17,338 nt of DNA from Candidatus Muiribacteriota bacterium (GCA_051747805.1 JBNJGP010000055.1:1-17338), one strand, 5' to 3'; counted from the stretch's first letter, positions 8,005 to 16,702 are shown. The notes: generated from the sequence alone by a model not told the origin. Translations and numbers: made by a program.

Positions 8005-10137
8005 TTAACGTTTAAGATTAACAAGCTCCTGTAAAAGCTGGTCAGCAGTTGTTATTGAACGTGAGTTTGCCTGAAATCCTCTCTGGGAAATAATCATATC
8101 TGTAAATTCCTGGCTGAGATCAACATTGGACATTTCAAGTTTACCGGATTCTATTGATCCAGCACTTCCAGTTCCAGCCTTTCTGATAACTGGTTCTCCA
8201 GAGTTTCCGGTAGGTGTCCACATAGAGCCGGGCTCCCTGTCAAGTCCCATTGGGTTAGAAAAAGTTGCCATTGCAAGTTGTCCAATATCCTGCATTCTAT
8301 CGTTTGAATAAGAACCAACAATTTTTCCATCAGGTTGTATTGTGTAATCCTGAAGCATACCCATTTCAAAACCGTCCTGATTTCTTGCCGCAGTAGTAAA
8401 TTCATCTGAATCATACTGTGTAATTGCCTCAAGATCTAGGTTAATTTTTACTCCATCTGCACTGGCAGGTTGAAACTCAACAGACTTTGCAATATCAGGA
8501 TAGGTAACACCATTTTCGGCCCTTGTTGCATCTCTGTCAATCCGGCCAAGTTCATTAAAAACAAGGACTCCTTCCCCGACATACCCCTCTTCAGGAGACT
8601 GAAAAATATTTTTCATAATCTGCTTTTTTTCCGCCTCTGTGGCCTCCTCACCCTGCACTGCTTCCGGAAATTTTTCAAGATAATCCTTAACAACCGGGTC
8701 ATCCATTCTAAGTGAGTTAAAGTATCTCCATTTATTTTCATCAATTTTTTCAAAAGTGGTAATTAACTCATGAGGAGTTCCCTGAGAATCATAGGTTATT
8801 AAACTTGTTGAGTGCATAGTTCCTGGAATATAATCAAAATTAACTTCTTTATTTGTATCACCGTAACGAATATTCAGGCTCTGTGAACCAATTTCTATAT
8901 TATTTGTCTGTCCAGTTGCATCATCCTGAAAAACAAACTGTCTGCCATCTTCTGAAATACCAAGTTCAATTTCAAGCCCTTCAACATTAAAAGTTGAAAT
9001 ATCTCCAGGGCCAAAACCCGAATAACCAGGATCTCCAGGTTCCTCACCTGGCAACCCAAAACCAACAATTTTTCCAGTAGATGAATTGATAGACATAGCT
9101 GCAAAATCATCGTTTTCATTAATATCTCCATCACCTGTAATATCTAAAAGGTTTCCATCGCCATCATACATACGCCATTTATAAACATCAATATCACCAT
9201 CTGACTCCGAATGTTCCATCTGCGTGAAGAAGTTCTGCTCTTCGTTGTTTATGTCATTAAAAGTCCATCTATTTACAGAAGGTGGTTTTGCCGGAGTCAT
9301 ATTGAAATTAAAAATACTTGAATTAGCCTCGATCGAATCTACATCAAAATTTCCATCCACTTCAACTCCTTTAATTCTTCCATCAGGATAAAGATGTAAT
9401 AAAGCTCTTGAATTAAAATCACCCGAAGCGGGGTCCATATCTACAGGGTCGCCATCATCATCAAAAGCCCTAAGCTCATAAAGAAGCTCATTTCTTTTTT
9501 GTACATTAAAATTAACCTGTTGTTCATTCGGCTGTGTTCCATAAACAAGTGTATTTTCTTCAGGAAACCCTCTGTCCTGTGCAGTAGCACGGAGATTTGA
9601 GGAAAATTCCAGCTCAGTAGTCGCCCTTGCTGGAAGTTTTTCCATATCTAAAAAGTTAATTGAATCAATAACACCACCGGTATTCAGTTCATATTCACCT
9701 CTTTCTTCATTCCATTCTGAGGCCCAGCCGTGAACTCTATTACCGGTTCCGCCGTGAACAAAATCACCTGCAGCATCAATATTAAAATTACCCGCCCGGG
9801 TATATTTTGTATTTTCTCCATCATTAGTAATAAAAAAACCCTCTCCTTCAATTGCACAGTCAGATACATTACCTGTTGTTTCTGTTGCCCCCTGAGTGAA
9901 TATTCTGTCTATTGAAGCTGTCTGAACACCTAAACCAACCTGTTTTGGGTTTACACCACCCATATCTTCAGTTGGAGCAGATGGATATCCTATTGTCTGA
10001 TTAAATATATTTGAAAAAATCACTCTGGATTTTTTAAAACCATGGGTATTAACATTTGCGATATTATCTGATATAACATCTAACTTAGTCTGATGGTTAT
10101 TTAAACCACTTATTCCAGAAAACATTGAACGCATCAT
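8005..10137 (-). CDS. flgE: Flagellar hook protein FlgE (long form, 710 aa)
   Basis: Motifs MMRSMFSGISGL...DVISDNIANVNTHGFK, YTRAGNF and LEMSNVDLSQEFTDMIISQRGFQANSRSIT; SD AGGAGG. Confidence 0.98.
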   Translation of the reverse strand: MMRSMFSGISGLNNHQTKLDVISDNIANVNTHGFKKSRVIFSNIFNQTIGYPSAPTEDMGGVNPKQVGLGVQTASIDRIFTQGATETTGNVSDCAIEGEGFFITNDGENTKYTRAGNFNIDAAGDFVHGGTGNRVHGWASEWNEERGEYELNTGGVIDSINFLDMEKLPARATTELEFSSNLRATAQDRGFPEENTLVYGTQPNEQQVNFNVQKRNELLYELRAFDDDGDPVDMDPASGDFNSRALLHLYPDGRIKGVEVDGNFDVDSIEANSSIFNFNMTPAKPPSVNRWTFNDINNEEQNFFTQMEHSESDGDIDVYKWRMYDGDGNLLDITGDGDINENDDFAAMSINSSTGKIVGFGLPGEEPGDPGYSGFGPGDISTFNVEGLEIELGISEDGRQFVFQDDATGQTNNIEIGSQSLNIRYGDTNKEVNFDYIPGTMHSTSLITYDSQGTPHELITTFEKIDENKWRYFNSLRMDDPVVKDYLEKFPEAVQGEEATEAEKKQIMKNIFQSPEEGYVGEGVLVFNELGRIDRDATRAENGVTYPDIAKSVEFQPASADGVKINLDLEAITQYDSDEFTTAARNQDGFEMGMLQDYTIQPDGKIVGSYSNDRMQDIGQLAMATFSNPMGLDREPGSMWTPTGNSGEPVIRKAGTGSAGSIESGKLEMSNVDLSQEFTDMIISQRGFQANSRSITTADQLLQELVNLKR

Positions 10138-10164
10138 ACTATATATTACCTCCTGGGATTATTG

Positions 10165-10231
10165 GGGGAAGGAGTGCCTCAATCATTCAGCACTCCCTGA
10201 CATCCTTTGAAGGTCCTGTCAGCTATTCCCC
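10165..10231 (-). ncRNA. Candidate cis-regulatory structured RNA (three-way junction) in the flgE leader
   Basis: Three nested complementary pairs: 10165..10170/10226..10231, 10171..10177/10190..10196, and 10197..10202/10217..10222 with an inner CCTT/AAGG pair. Confidence 0.6.
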
Positions 10232-10246
10232 TTAAAATTTCTGAAT

Positions 10247-10627
10247 CTACAAGCTCATTACAGCACTGTCAATATTAGTAAAAACATTTTCGTTCAGGCT
10301 TTTCTCATCAACAGCCGTTATTACAGTATTATTTTTTACACTTACAACAAAAGCATTGTTATCAATCATTATTAAACTTTCGCTTCCACCTTTGTTTCTT
10401 GCATTTTCAACCGCTGTTTCAAGCCTTTTCTGTTGTGGCTGACTGAGCTTTATTCCCCTCTCTTTCATTCTCTGCTGAGCATGAGATGAAAATTTTAACT
10501 CATCTTTTTGCAGCTGATTTTTTAAAATCTGCCCAAAATTTTTACCATTATTTTCAGGAACTTTTTTTAACTTACTTTTATTATTCTGTATATCAGGCAC
10601 CTGAAAACCTGGATTAACTCTAAACAT
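10247..10627 (-). CDS. Flagellar operon protein, TIGR02530-type
   Basis: LKFSSHAQQRMKERGI...KGGSESLI...AFVVSVKNNTVITAVD...NVFTNIDSAV; located between flgD and flgE. Confidence 0.93.
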   Translation of the reverse strand: MFRVNPGFQVPDIQNNKSKLKKVPENNGKNFGQILKNQLQKDELKFSSHAQQRMKERGIKLSQPQQKRLETAVENARNKGGSESLIMIDNNAFVVSVKNNTVITAVDEKSLNENVFTNIDSAVMSL

Positions 10628-10647
10628 ATCCCTCTCCTGTTTTATTA

Positions 10648-11103
10648 TTATTCTGCAGTCTGCTCTTCGTTGTCAAAAACAAAAACAATCTGATCAACTG
10701 TAACTGCATGTCCGCCAACCTCAAATACAATCTCATCCTCATGAACAGTAGCCTTACTTATTTTACCCTCAATCTGACCATCCTCAGTCATTGCTCTAAC
10801 ATTTTTTCCAATAAAACCAAAAGCCTGATTCCAGCCTGTATTCATCTGGGCTTCCATAAAACCCTCGAATTTATTGTTTAGGTTTTCAAGCTGTTCAACA
10901 GATGAAAACTGAGCAAGTTGTCCCATCATCTGTTCGTTTGACATAGGTTCTAATGGATCCTGATGTTTCATTTCCATCATTAAAAGCTCCATGAAAGCAT
11001 CTTTGTCTAATTCCTGTTTTACCTCTCTCCTGTCGGACTGCTCTGTTTCATATCTTGATATTTGATCTTCAACAAAGCTGTTTCCTGCTCCGTTAGCATA
11101 CAT
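10648..11103 (-). CDS. flgD: Flagellar hook capping protein FlgD
   Basis: LDKDAFMELLMMEMKHQDPLEPM...QLAQFSSVEQLENLN; SD AGGAGG. Confidence 0.96.
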   Translation of the reverse strand: MYANGAGNSFVEDQISRYETEQSDRREVKQELDKDAFMELLMMEMKHQDPLEPMSNEQMMGQLAQFSSVEQLENLNNKFEGFMEAQMNTGWNQAFGFIGKNVRAMTEDGQIEGKISKATVHEDEIVFEVGGHAVTVDQIVFVFDNEEQTAE

Positions 11104-11121
11104 TATTATTACCTCCTAAAG

Positions 11122-12462
11122 TCAGGCAAAAACTCCTGATGGTTCTCTCGTTTCAAAAGCCTGCATAACCTCTTTAAAGTTTACCCTTCTCTCAATTTTT
11201 TTCTTATTATCTTTTCTGTTTTTATCTTCTTTACGTTTTTGATTCTGCTCATCTTTTTGGGCATCAGGATCAACCTCAACAGCTATATCCTGAACCTTAA
11301 CTCCCTCTCTTAAAACATTCTGTCTCAACTCAGTGATACCTGATTGTAAAGCCTGTCTTGCCCCCTCTGTCTGAGCAATCATTCTTATTGTTATTTTACC
11401 GTTATCATTAAAAACGCTCACATTCACCTGTCCAAGTTCCTCCGGCTTCATCTTAAAATTCATCTGACTTCCTGCAGAAGAATTACTGTAATTTACTTTT
11501 GCATAAATATTTTTTAATATATCTGAGGCATTTGTTTTACTACTATTATTTTTGTGAGTGTTTTCTGTAGCATCCTCTGTTACCCTCTCGAAATTATTAT
11601 TATGATTTTTAAAATCTCTTATAACACTTTCATGGTTTAAATCAGGTTCTTTTTCAGACAGATTAAATTCCACATTATTCACGTTTTTATTTTTATTATT
11701 TGTTTTTTCAACCTCAATTACCGCTTTTAAAAACACTTTTTTACCCTCGTCATCTTCAACTTCTTTTTCTATTATTTTTATTACTTTTTCATCTTCCTCA
11801 GAAACTACTTTTTTTTCCTGATTAACATAATCTTTAAGATTAAGCCCGGCTTTTTTTTCTGTTTTTTCTGAATATTCTTCTGATAAAATACTTTCAAATT
11901 CATTTTCAGTAGAATTTTCAGCCTTCATCGCCTTTTCAAGTTCGATATTTTCAGGATTATGAGAGTCTATTTCAAAGCTAATGCTTTTTTGGGTAATTTT
12001 TTCTAATAAGGCATTAATCTCATCTAAAGCTTCTTTTAGTTCCCCAGAATCCAGTTTTAGTTTTTCCTCTTTTGTTTGGTTTGAATCAGCAAGCTCAGAA
12101 ACAACTTCATCTAAAACGGCAGAAAGAGCGTTATCCTTTTCTGATTCATCGCCTATTTTCTCTAAAGTTTCTTTAATAAGCGAAACAAGCTCTTCTGGTA
12201 GTTTCTGAAGCAAGTCATTGAGTTTTTCAAGTAATTCTTCAAGCTCCTGCTCAGACAGTTTACTTTTATTAAAAATCTTTTCGGTTAAAGCAGGATCCAA
12301 TTTTTCATTTTCTGACTCATTTTCATTTTTTATCTTATTAAATAAGTCTGAAAACGCTCCTTTATCAGAACCTTCTGTCTTTGAGCTTTTTGAATTACTA
12401 TCAAAATACTCAGCCTGACTTTTCATTTCAGAAAACGGGTTTTGTACAAAAATTTTTTTCAC
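11122..12462 (-). CDS. fliK: Flagellar hook-length control protein FliK (start codon uncertain)
   Basis: Long low-complexity N-terminus and C-terminal MKPEELGQVNV...ARQALQSGITELRQ...GV (FliK-C motif); directly upstream of flgD. Confidence 0.92.
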   Translation of the reverse strand: MKKIFVQNPFSEMKSQAEYFDSNSKSSKTEGSDKGAFSDLFNKIKNENESENEKLDPALTEKIFNKSKLSEQELEELLEKLNDLLQKLPEELVSLIKETLEKIGDESEKDNALSAVLDEVVSELADSNQTKEEKLKLDSGELKEALDEINALLEKITQKSISFEIDSHNPENIELEKAMKAENSTENEFESILSEEYSEKTEKKAGLNLKDYVNQEKKVVSEEDEKVIKIIEKEVEDDEGKKVFLKAVIEVEKTNNKNKNVNNVEFNLSEKEPDLNHESVIRDFKNHNNNFERVTEDATENTHKNNSSKTNASDILKNIYAKVNYSNSSAGSQMNFKMKPEELGQVNVSVFNDNGKITIRMIAQTEGARQALQSGITELRQNVLREGVKVQDIAVEVDPDAQKDEQNQKRKEDKNRKDNKKKIERRVNFKEVMQAFETREPSGVFA

Positions 12463-12487
12463 CTCCTTTTTTTAGAATTCTTATATA

Positions 12488-12515
12488 ATATCGGTGAACT
12501 TAAAGTAATACTTTA
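12488..12515 (-). promoter_or_regulatory. sigma28 (FliA/SigD) promoter for the fliK operon
   Basis: Minus strand TAAA(GTAT)-N16-ACCGATAT, about 20 nt upstream of the AGGAGG SD. Confidence 0.8.
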
Positions 12516-13703
12516 ACTTCTGCCACAAAAATAAATATCTGAAAAATTGGTGCCAGATACCTCTCCAGTGATAAGGGCTCCGGTTTTTTCAAGAATCTTG
12601 TATGAATTAAACTCTTTTAAATAATATTGGACATCATTTTTATTAATTCTATCTTTAATATTTTCGTCAATAAAAACAGCCCTTACATTTTCAGGGGTAA
12701 CTCCGTCAATGCCGTCTGTTGCAATTCCTCCAACAAAAAAATCTTTACGGGCAAGCTTCCTTATTTTTAAAACTGAATGTTGAATACGACCACCATAGCC
12801 GTCTCCTTCTACCTTTAAGGAACATTCACCTGAAATAGCAATAATTTCATTTTTATTTAATTTATCTATATGGTTTTTAAAAAAATCTGCCATTCTAGAG
12901 GGGTAATTATAGAAATTTTTTTTAAAAAATCTTATTTTATAATTGTATTTATTCAGAACTTCTGCAAAAATACCTAAAATATCGTCGGGTGAAGCAAGTT
13001 TTATAAAAATTGTTTCTTTAGAAGGAGATTTATAACTTCTTTTAAAGTTTGAGGCATATACTGTAGGACCAGAACCAACAAGCTCATAATTATCTCCACC
13101 AATATCTGAAAGAATAAAACTTACAGTTTTTGCTTCTGTATTAAAAAGAAGTTTACCCCCTTTAAAACTGCTTACCGATTGTCTTATTCTATTAATTTCC
13201 TTAATTGATTTGCCTGAATTTAAAAGTTTTTTATTTAGCTGAATTAAGTATTTATCACTATATCCGTCTGCTGGTATATCGGCAAGAGCAGAACTGCCTC
13301 CTGAAATACCAAATATAATTAAATCCTCTTTTTTAAATTTATTAATAAAAGATTTAATTTTTACCCCAGCCTCAAAGGTTTTTTTACTCATAAAAGGATG
13401 TGTGGAATAAATTATTTTTGTATTTGAGTTTAATTCAATATTTTTTTTAAGATTTTCCGGTATTACAATAAGCTTTGAGGCTTCTGGATATTGACTACCC
13501 AGGTATTTTCCCATTTCAAAAGCATTTTTTCCTATACAGACAATTCCTATGTTTTTTATTTTTTTCAAATCAAAAAAAAGACGACCTTGTTTATAAAAGC
13601 CGTCTTTTTGAAGATTTACCCTCTTTTTAAAAATATTTTCAGTTGTTATTTCTTTTTCAAATTCTTTCAGTATTTTTACTAATATTTCTTTATTCATCAA
13701 CAA
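12513..13703 (-). CDS. Glycerate 2-kinase-like protein (DUF4147 + MOFRL domains)
   Basis: Motifs IGKNA, HP, ISGGSSAL, INRIRQSVSSFKGG, ILSD...VGSGPT, GE...GGR, ATDGIDG and GTNFSD. The start may be the second Met (13697). Confidence 0.9.
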   Translation of the reverse strand: MLMNKEILVKILKEFEKEITTENIFKKRVNLQKDGFYKQGRLFFDLKKIKNIGIVCIGKNAFEMGKYLGSQYPEASKLIVIPENLKKNIELNSNTKIIYSTHPFMSKKTFEAGVKIKSFINKFKKEDLIIFGISGGSSALADIPADGYSDKYLIQLNKKLLNSGKSIKEINRIRQSVSSFKGGKLLFNTEAKTVSFILSDIGGDNYELVGSGPTVYASNFKRSYKSPSKETIFIKLASPDDILGIFAEVLNKYNYKIRFFKKNFYNYPSRMADFFKNHIDKLNKNEIIAISGECSLKVEGDGYGGRIQHSVLKIRKLARKDFFVGGIATDGIDGVTPENVRAVFIDENIKDRINKNDVQYYLKEFNSYKILEKTGALITGEVSGTNFSDIYFCGRS

Positions 13704-14433
13704 GATTTACCCCAATATAAGTTGATTCAACTTCTAACTCAAAATAATGCTCGTGATATTCCTCTACTGTTTCTGATTGATTATTTTCATCTGAACCTGA
13801 ACTGTTTACACCAAAAAAATCATCTATTTTATTCATTGTTTTATCATAAGTTAATTTAAAAATATCATTGTAGGGATTATCATCTTTTATAAAATTTGAA
13901 AAAATAGATTTAGCCTGATTAAACCCATTTGTAATATTATTTTTTGCCCAAGAAATATAATTAGATTTGTCAGCCATCTCAGAATTATAATACTTACTTT
14001 CAGGATTACTGAAAAGACCATAAACAGCTTTTGAAAAATCAAGCAATCTATCAGATACTTTATCTGAACTGTAATTCCCCAGCATTTTATCGAATTTCTC
14101 AATATCTTTTTCAGTTTCAGCAGGAGGAAGCTCTGATGTTTTATGCCATATTTCCTGAAAAGTAACTTTAAATCTTTCCTGCATGAAACTAAATTCATTA
14201 CCCTCTTCATCTTTAAACTGTGCAAAAGTTTGTTCCTGCATCAAATTAATTGATTGATAATGGAAAATAGATTTTTTGGCCTGAGGAGACATATTAAATT
14301 TATCCCCCGCTCCAGACAAACTATTAAAAAGTTTATCCATACTGTTTTTAGTTTTCTTAGGTGAATTTTTCAACTTAGCAAAAAAATCTTCAGCCCTGTT
14401 TGAGCCTAGAGCAGCCTTTAATATACTATTCAT
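13690..14433 (-). CDS. Hypothetical protein, DUF5610-like C-terminal helical domain
   Basis: YSSDKVSDRLLDFSKA...GFNQAK...TYDKTMNKIDDF resembles DUF5610 (recalled, not searched). Start moved from the ORF-track 14493 to ATG 14433, which has SD GGGAGG. Confidence 0.7.
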   Translation of the reverse strand: MNSILKAALGSNRAEDFFAKLKNSPKKTKNSMDKLFNSLSGAGDKFNMSPQAKKSIFHYQSINLMQEQTFAQFKDEEGNEFSFMQERFKVTFQEIWHKTSELPPAETEKDIEKFDKMLGNYSSDKVSDRLLDFSKAVYGLFSNPESKYYNSEMADKSNYISWAKNNITNGFNQAKSIFSNFIKDDNPYNDIFKLTYDKTMNKIDDFFGVNSSGSDENNQSETVEEYHEHYFELEVESTYIGVNLVDE

Positions 14434-14505
14434 AATGACCTCCCTGTCATTTATTCCCCGGGAAACTTCCCTGTATTTTAAATATAAAAACACCGAAACA
14501 GATAT

Positions 14506-14533
14506 CTATCGGCACCTTATAAAAAAAACTTTA
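14506..14533 (-). promoter_or_regulatory. sigma28 (FliA/SigD) promoter
   Basis: Minus strand TAAA(GTTT)-N16-GCCGATAG, near-consensus at both boxes. Confidence 0.85.
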
Positions 14534-14566
14534 ACTTTTTTTAAAAAAGTAAAAAATAACTTAAAT

Positions 14567-14771
14567 AGAGCCGTAAGAAGTGAGAGGTGAGAAGTAAGAA
14601 GTGAAAGGCCGACAAGAGCAGACAAAAGCCGATAAGAGCCGTGAGAAGTGAGAGGTGAGAAGTGAGAAGTGAAAAGTGAAAGGAGCCGATAGAAACAGAT
14701 GAGAGCTGGAGATTAAAATTTATTACGAAATAAAATAAAGCGAGTGGTCAGGCTTACACAAATCAGACCCC
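14567..14771 (+). repeat. Composite dispersed repeat, copy B
   Basis: 5 heptamers (14573..14607), 3 decamers (14608..14637), 6 heptamers (14641..14682), degenerate decamers, 41-bp module Y (14713..14753) and CAGACCCC (14764..14771). Confidence 0.95.
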
Positions 14772-14810
14772 ATATTGTGATTTCTATTTATTTAATGATA
14801 ATATAAAATT

Positions 14811-16364
14811 ATGAAAAAATTTACTTTGTTTTTTCTTATTTTTTTTTTATATATTAACATATATCCCTACACTTACATTTACGGTATAAAAGAATTTGAG
14901 CTCGAATTTGATAAAAGCATTTTTAAAACTCCCCTAAATCAATCATTATTTTTCAAAACAATACATAACACTCCAGAAATATATTTGAACCTTGAATATG
15001 ATGATAACTATATATTTGAAAATGGCGTCCGTTTTATAGAAGTTAAATATATGGATAAACTTCACTGGGGATTTGATTACTCTGAAGAAAGCTTAATAAA
15101 TTTAAACAGAAAATTAACAGGTTTAAAATATTTTATCTCAGACGCAACAACGATTTCGGCAGGCTTTCAAACAGGAAAAAGGAAACAGGAAACTTTAAAA
15201 ACATCTAAAGATACTATAATTTACTTTTTAAACGAAACAGATATAATTGAAAATACAGAAAATATTCTGCTGGACGGTTTAAAACTGGGAAAAAATATAG
15301 ATTACTTTATTGATTACAGCTCCGGAATTTTAACTTTAAACTTTTATCCACCACCTGAGTCCGAACTTTATCTTTCCTATTCTTCATATTCCACCAGTAA
15401 ACCCTACCCCGAAACCTACAGCAGAATAAATTTTAAAAACAATAATATTGATTTGAATTTTTCAGATAGCGAAACTCAGGTTATGTACTATAAAAATAAT
15501 TTAAATATAAACTGGATATACCTGAATGAATTATCAACATTTTATTCAACAGTTGAGTATAAACAAAACAACTATAAACTGGGACTGAATTTATTCAGAG
15601 AGGAAAAAAAAAATTATAAGCCTTATATTGGATTTACAAGAAATTTTGAGCTCGAATATAATAATTTTCATTACATTAATTTTAAAAACAAAAACTATTA
15701 TAAATTTAATAATGCTGACTGGAATATTTCTTTTATGGAAAGAAAAAAAGAAAAAAATTATTTTAAATTTAACTACTCAGCCTTAAAAAATAATATTTAT
15801 TCTGATATAAAGGCCCTTTATATTAACAAGGAAGAATATAATTTTGACAGCTCTTTTTCAATAAGAAAAAATAAATTATCGTATTATCAGCAGGACATAT
15901 TTTCAGATAAAAAATACTATACTAAAAGAAGACAAATTAATTTTTATTTAAAAAATTATAGAGTTTATACAACTTATATAAATTCAGAAATAAAGAGTGG
16001 AATATCAAAAGCATTTAGAAATTTTAATATTCTTTTAGAAAAATCAAACCGTTCAAGTTCTAAAGTGCAGACAAGGTATATAAATAATAATTTTAATTTT
16101 TATTTTACAGATTATATAAATAAATCCTATTCTTTAGTATTTAAAAATAATATATATTCTTTTAAATTCAGCAAAACTGAAGGAAAACCTTATTCTGCCG
16201 GATTCACTTTGAATAAAGACAATTTCAGAATTAAAACAGAATTTTTAAAGGGTAGCGGGGCAAATGTTAATTTTAAAAATTCCGGTAATCAAAAGTTTTT
16301 TGAAATTGAATATAACACAGATGATGAAAGCGGCAGTGTAAGTTACAACATTATATTAAACTAA
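14811..16364 (+). CDS. Secreted/putative outer-membrane beta-rich protein of unknown function
   Basis: 517-aa ORF with signal peptide MKKFTLFFLIFFLYINIYP and Y/F/N-rich alternating beta-strand pattern. The segment ENILLDGLKLGKNIDYFIDYSSGILTL resembles a motif seen in SprA-like surface proteins. Confidence 0.7.
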   Translation: MKKFTLFFLIFFLYINIYPYTYIYGIKEFELEFDKSIFKTPLNQSLFFKTIHNTPEIYLNLEYDDNYIFENGVRFIEVKYMDKLHWGFDYSEESLINLNRKLTGLKYFISDATTISAGFQTGKRKQETLKTSKDTIIYFLNETDIIENTENILLDGLKLGKNIDYFIDYSSGILTLNFYPPPESELYLSYSSYSTSKPYPETYSRINFKNNNIDLNFSDSETQVMYYKNNLNINWIYLNELSTFYSTVEYKQNNYKLGLNLFREEKKNYKPYIGFTRNFELEYNNFHYINFKNKNYYKFNNADWNISFMERKKEKNYFKFNYSALKNNIYSDIKALYINKEEYNFDSSFSIRKNKLSYYQQDIFSDKKYYTKRRQINFYLKNYRVYTTYINSEIKSGISKAFRNFNILLEKSNRSSSKVQTRYINNNFNFYFTDYINKSYSLVFKNNIYSFKFSKTEGKPYSAGFTLNKDNFRIKTEFLKGSGANVNFKNSGNQKFFEIEYNTDDESGSVSYNIILN

Positions 16365-16385
16365 CTTCATGTTTTAGTTTAGTTG

Positions 16386-16410
16386 GAGAAGGGGGGAAGC
16401 CCCCCTTCTC
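16386..16410. terminator. Hairpin between convergent genes (probable terminator)
   Basis: Perfect 11-bp stem GAGAAGGGGGG-AAG-CCCCCCTTCTC between the stops at 16364 (+) and 16416 (-). U-tails are poor. Confidence 0.7.
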
Positions 16411-16415
16411 TAAAA

Positions 16416-16619
16416 TCAGGCGTAAAAGTCAACATTACTTCCGGAGTGAGAAACATCTCCCTGTATTCCATCGGTAACGTCTACAAGAGCAGAAAGAAGA
16501 TCATGGGCAGATTTTTCATTTAAGTCCATGGATTTTTTCAGCATTTTAAGCTGAACTTCATCCTGCACTTTCTGGGTGTTAAAATTTGTAAATTCACCCG
16601 CGATTCTCATAGAAACCAC
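16416..16619 (-). CDS. YjfB-family putative motility protein
   Basis: 67 aa, KVQDEVQLKMLKKSMD...LLSAL...GSNVDFYA pattern. The start may be ATG 16610; a sigma28-like promoter lies upstream. Confidence 0.85.
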   Translation of the reverse strand: MVSMRIAGEFTNFNTQKVQDEVQLKMLKKSMDLNEKSAHDLLSALVDVTDGIQGDVSHSGSNVDFYA

Positions 16620-16674
16620 CTGCCTTTAATAATTATACAGCAATCTTTTAAAAAAATTACTGTACATTAAATAC

Positions 16675-16702
16675 CTATCGTCAATAATTAATAAAAACTA
16701 AA
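16675..16702 (-). promoter_or_regulatory. Putative sigma28 promoter for the YjfB-like gene
   Basis: Minus strand TTTA(GTTT)-N16-GACGATAG. Confidence 0.6.

Noticed and set aside
3283..12418. Numerous + strand ORFs (3283, 3485, 3787, 4425, 4893, 6638, 7118, 8126, 8470, 9730, 11981, 12218) and short same-strand alternative-frame ORFs
   Set aside because: They are shadows of well-supported flagellar genes; the Ser/Phe-rich translations mirror Glu/Lys codons on the coding strand.
14434..14493. ORF-track N-terminal extension of the 13690 gene
   Set aside because: The GTG at 14493 has no SD and lies almost at the predicted TSS; ATG 14433 has GGGAGG.
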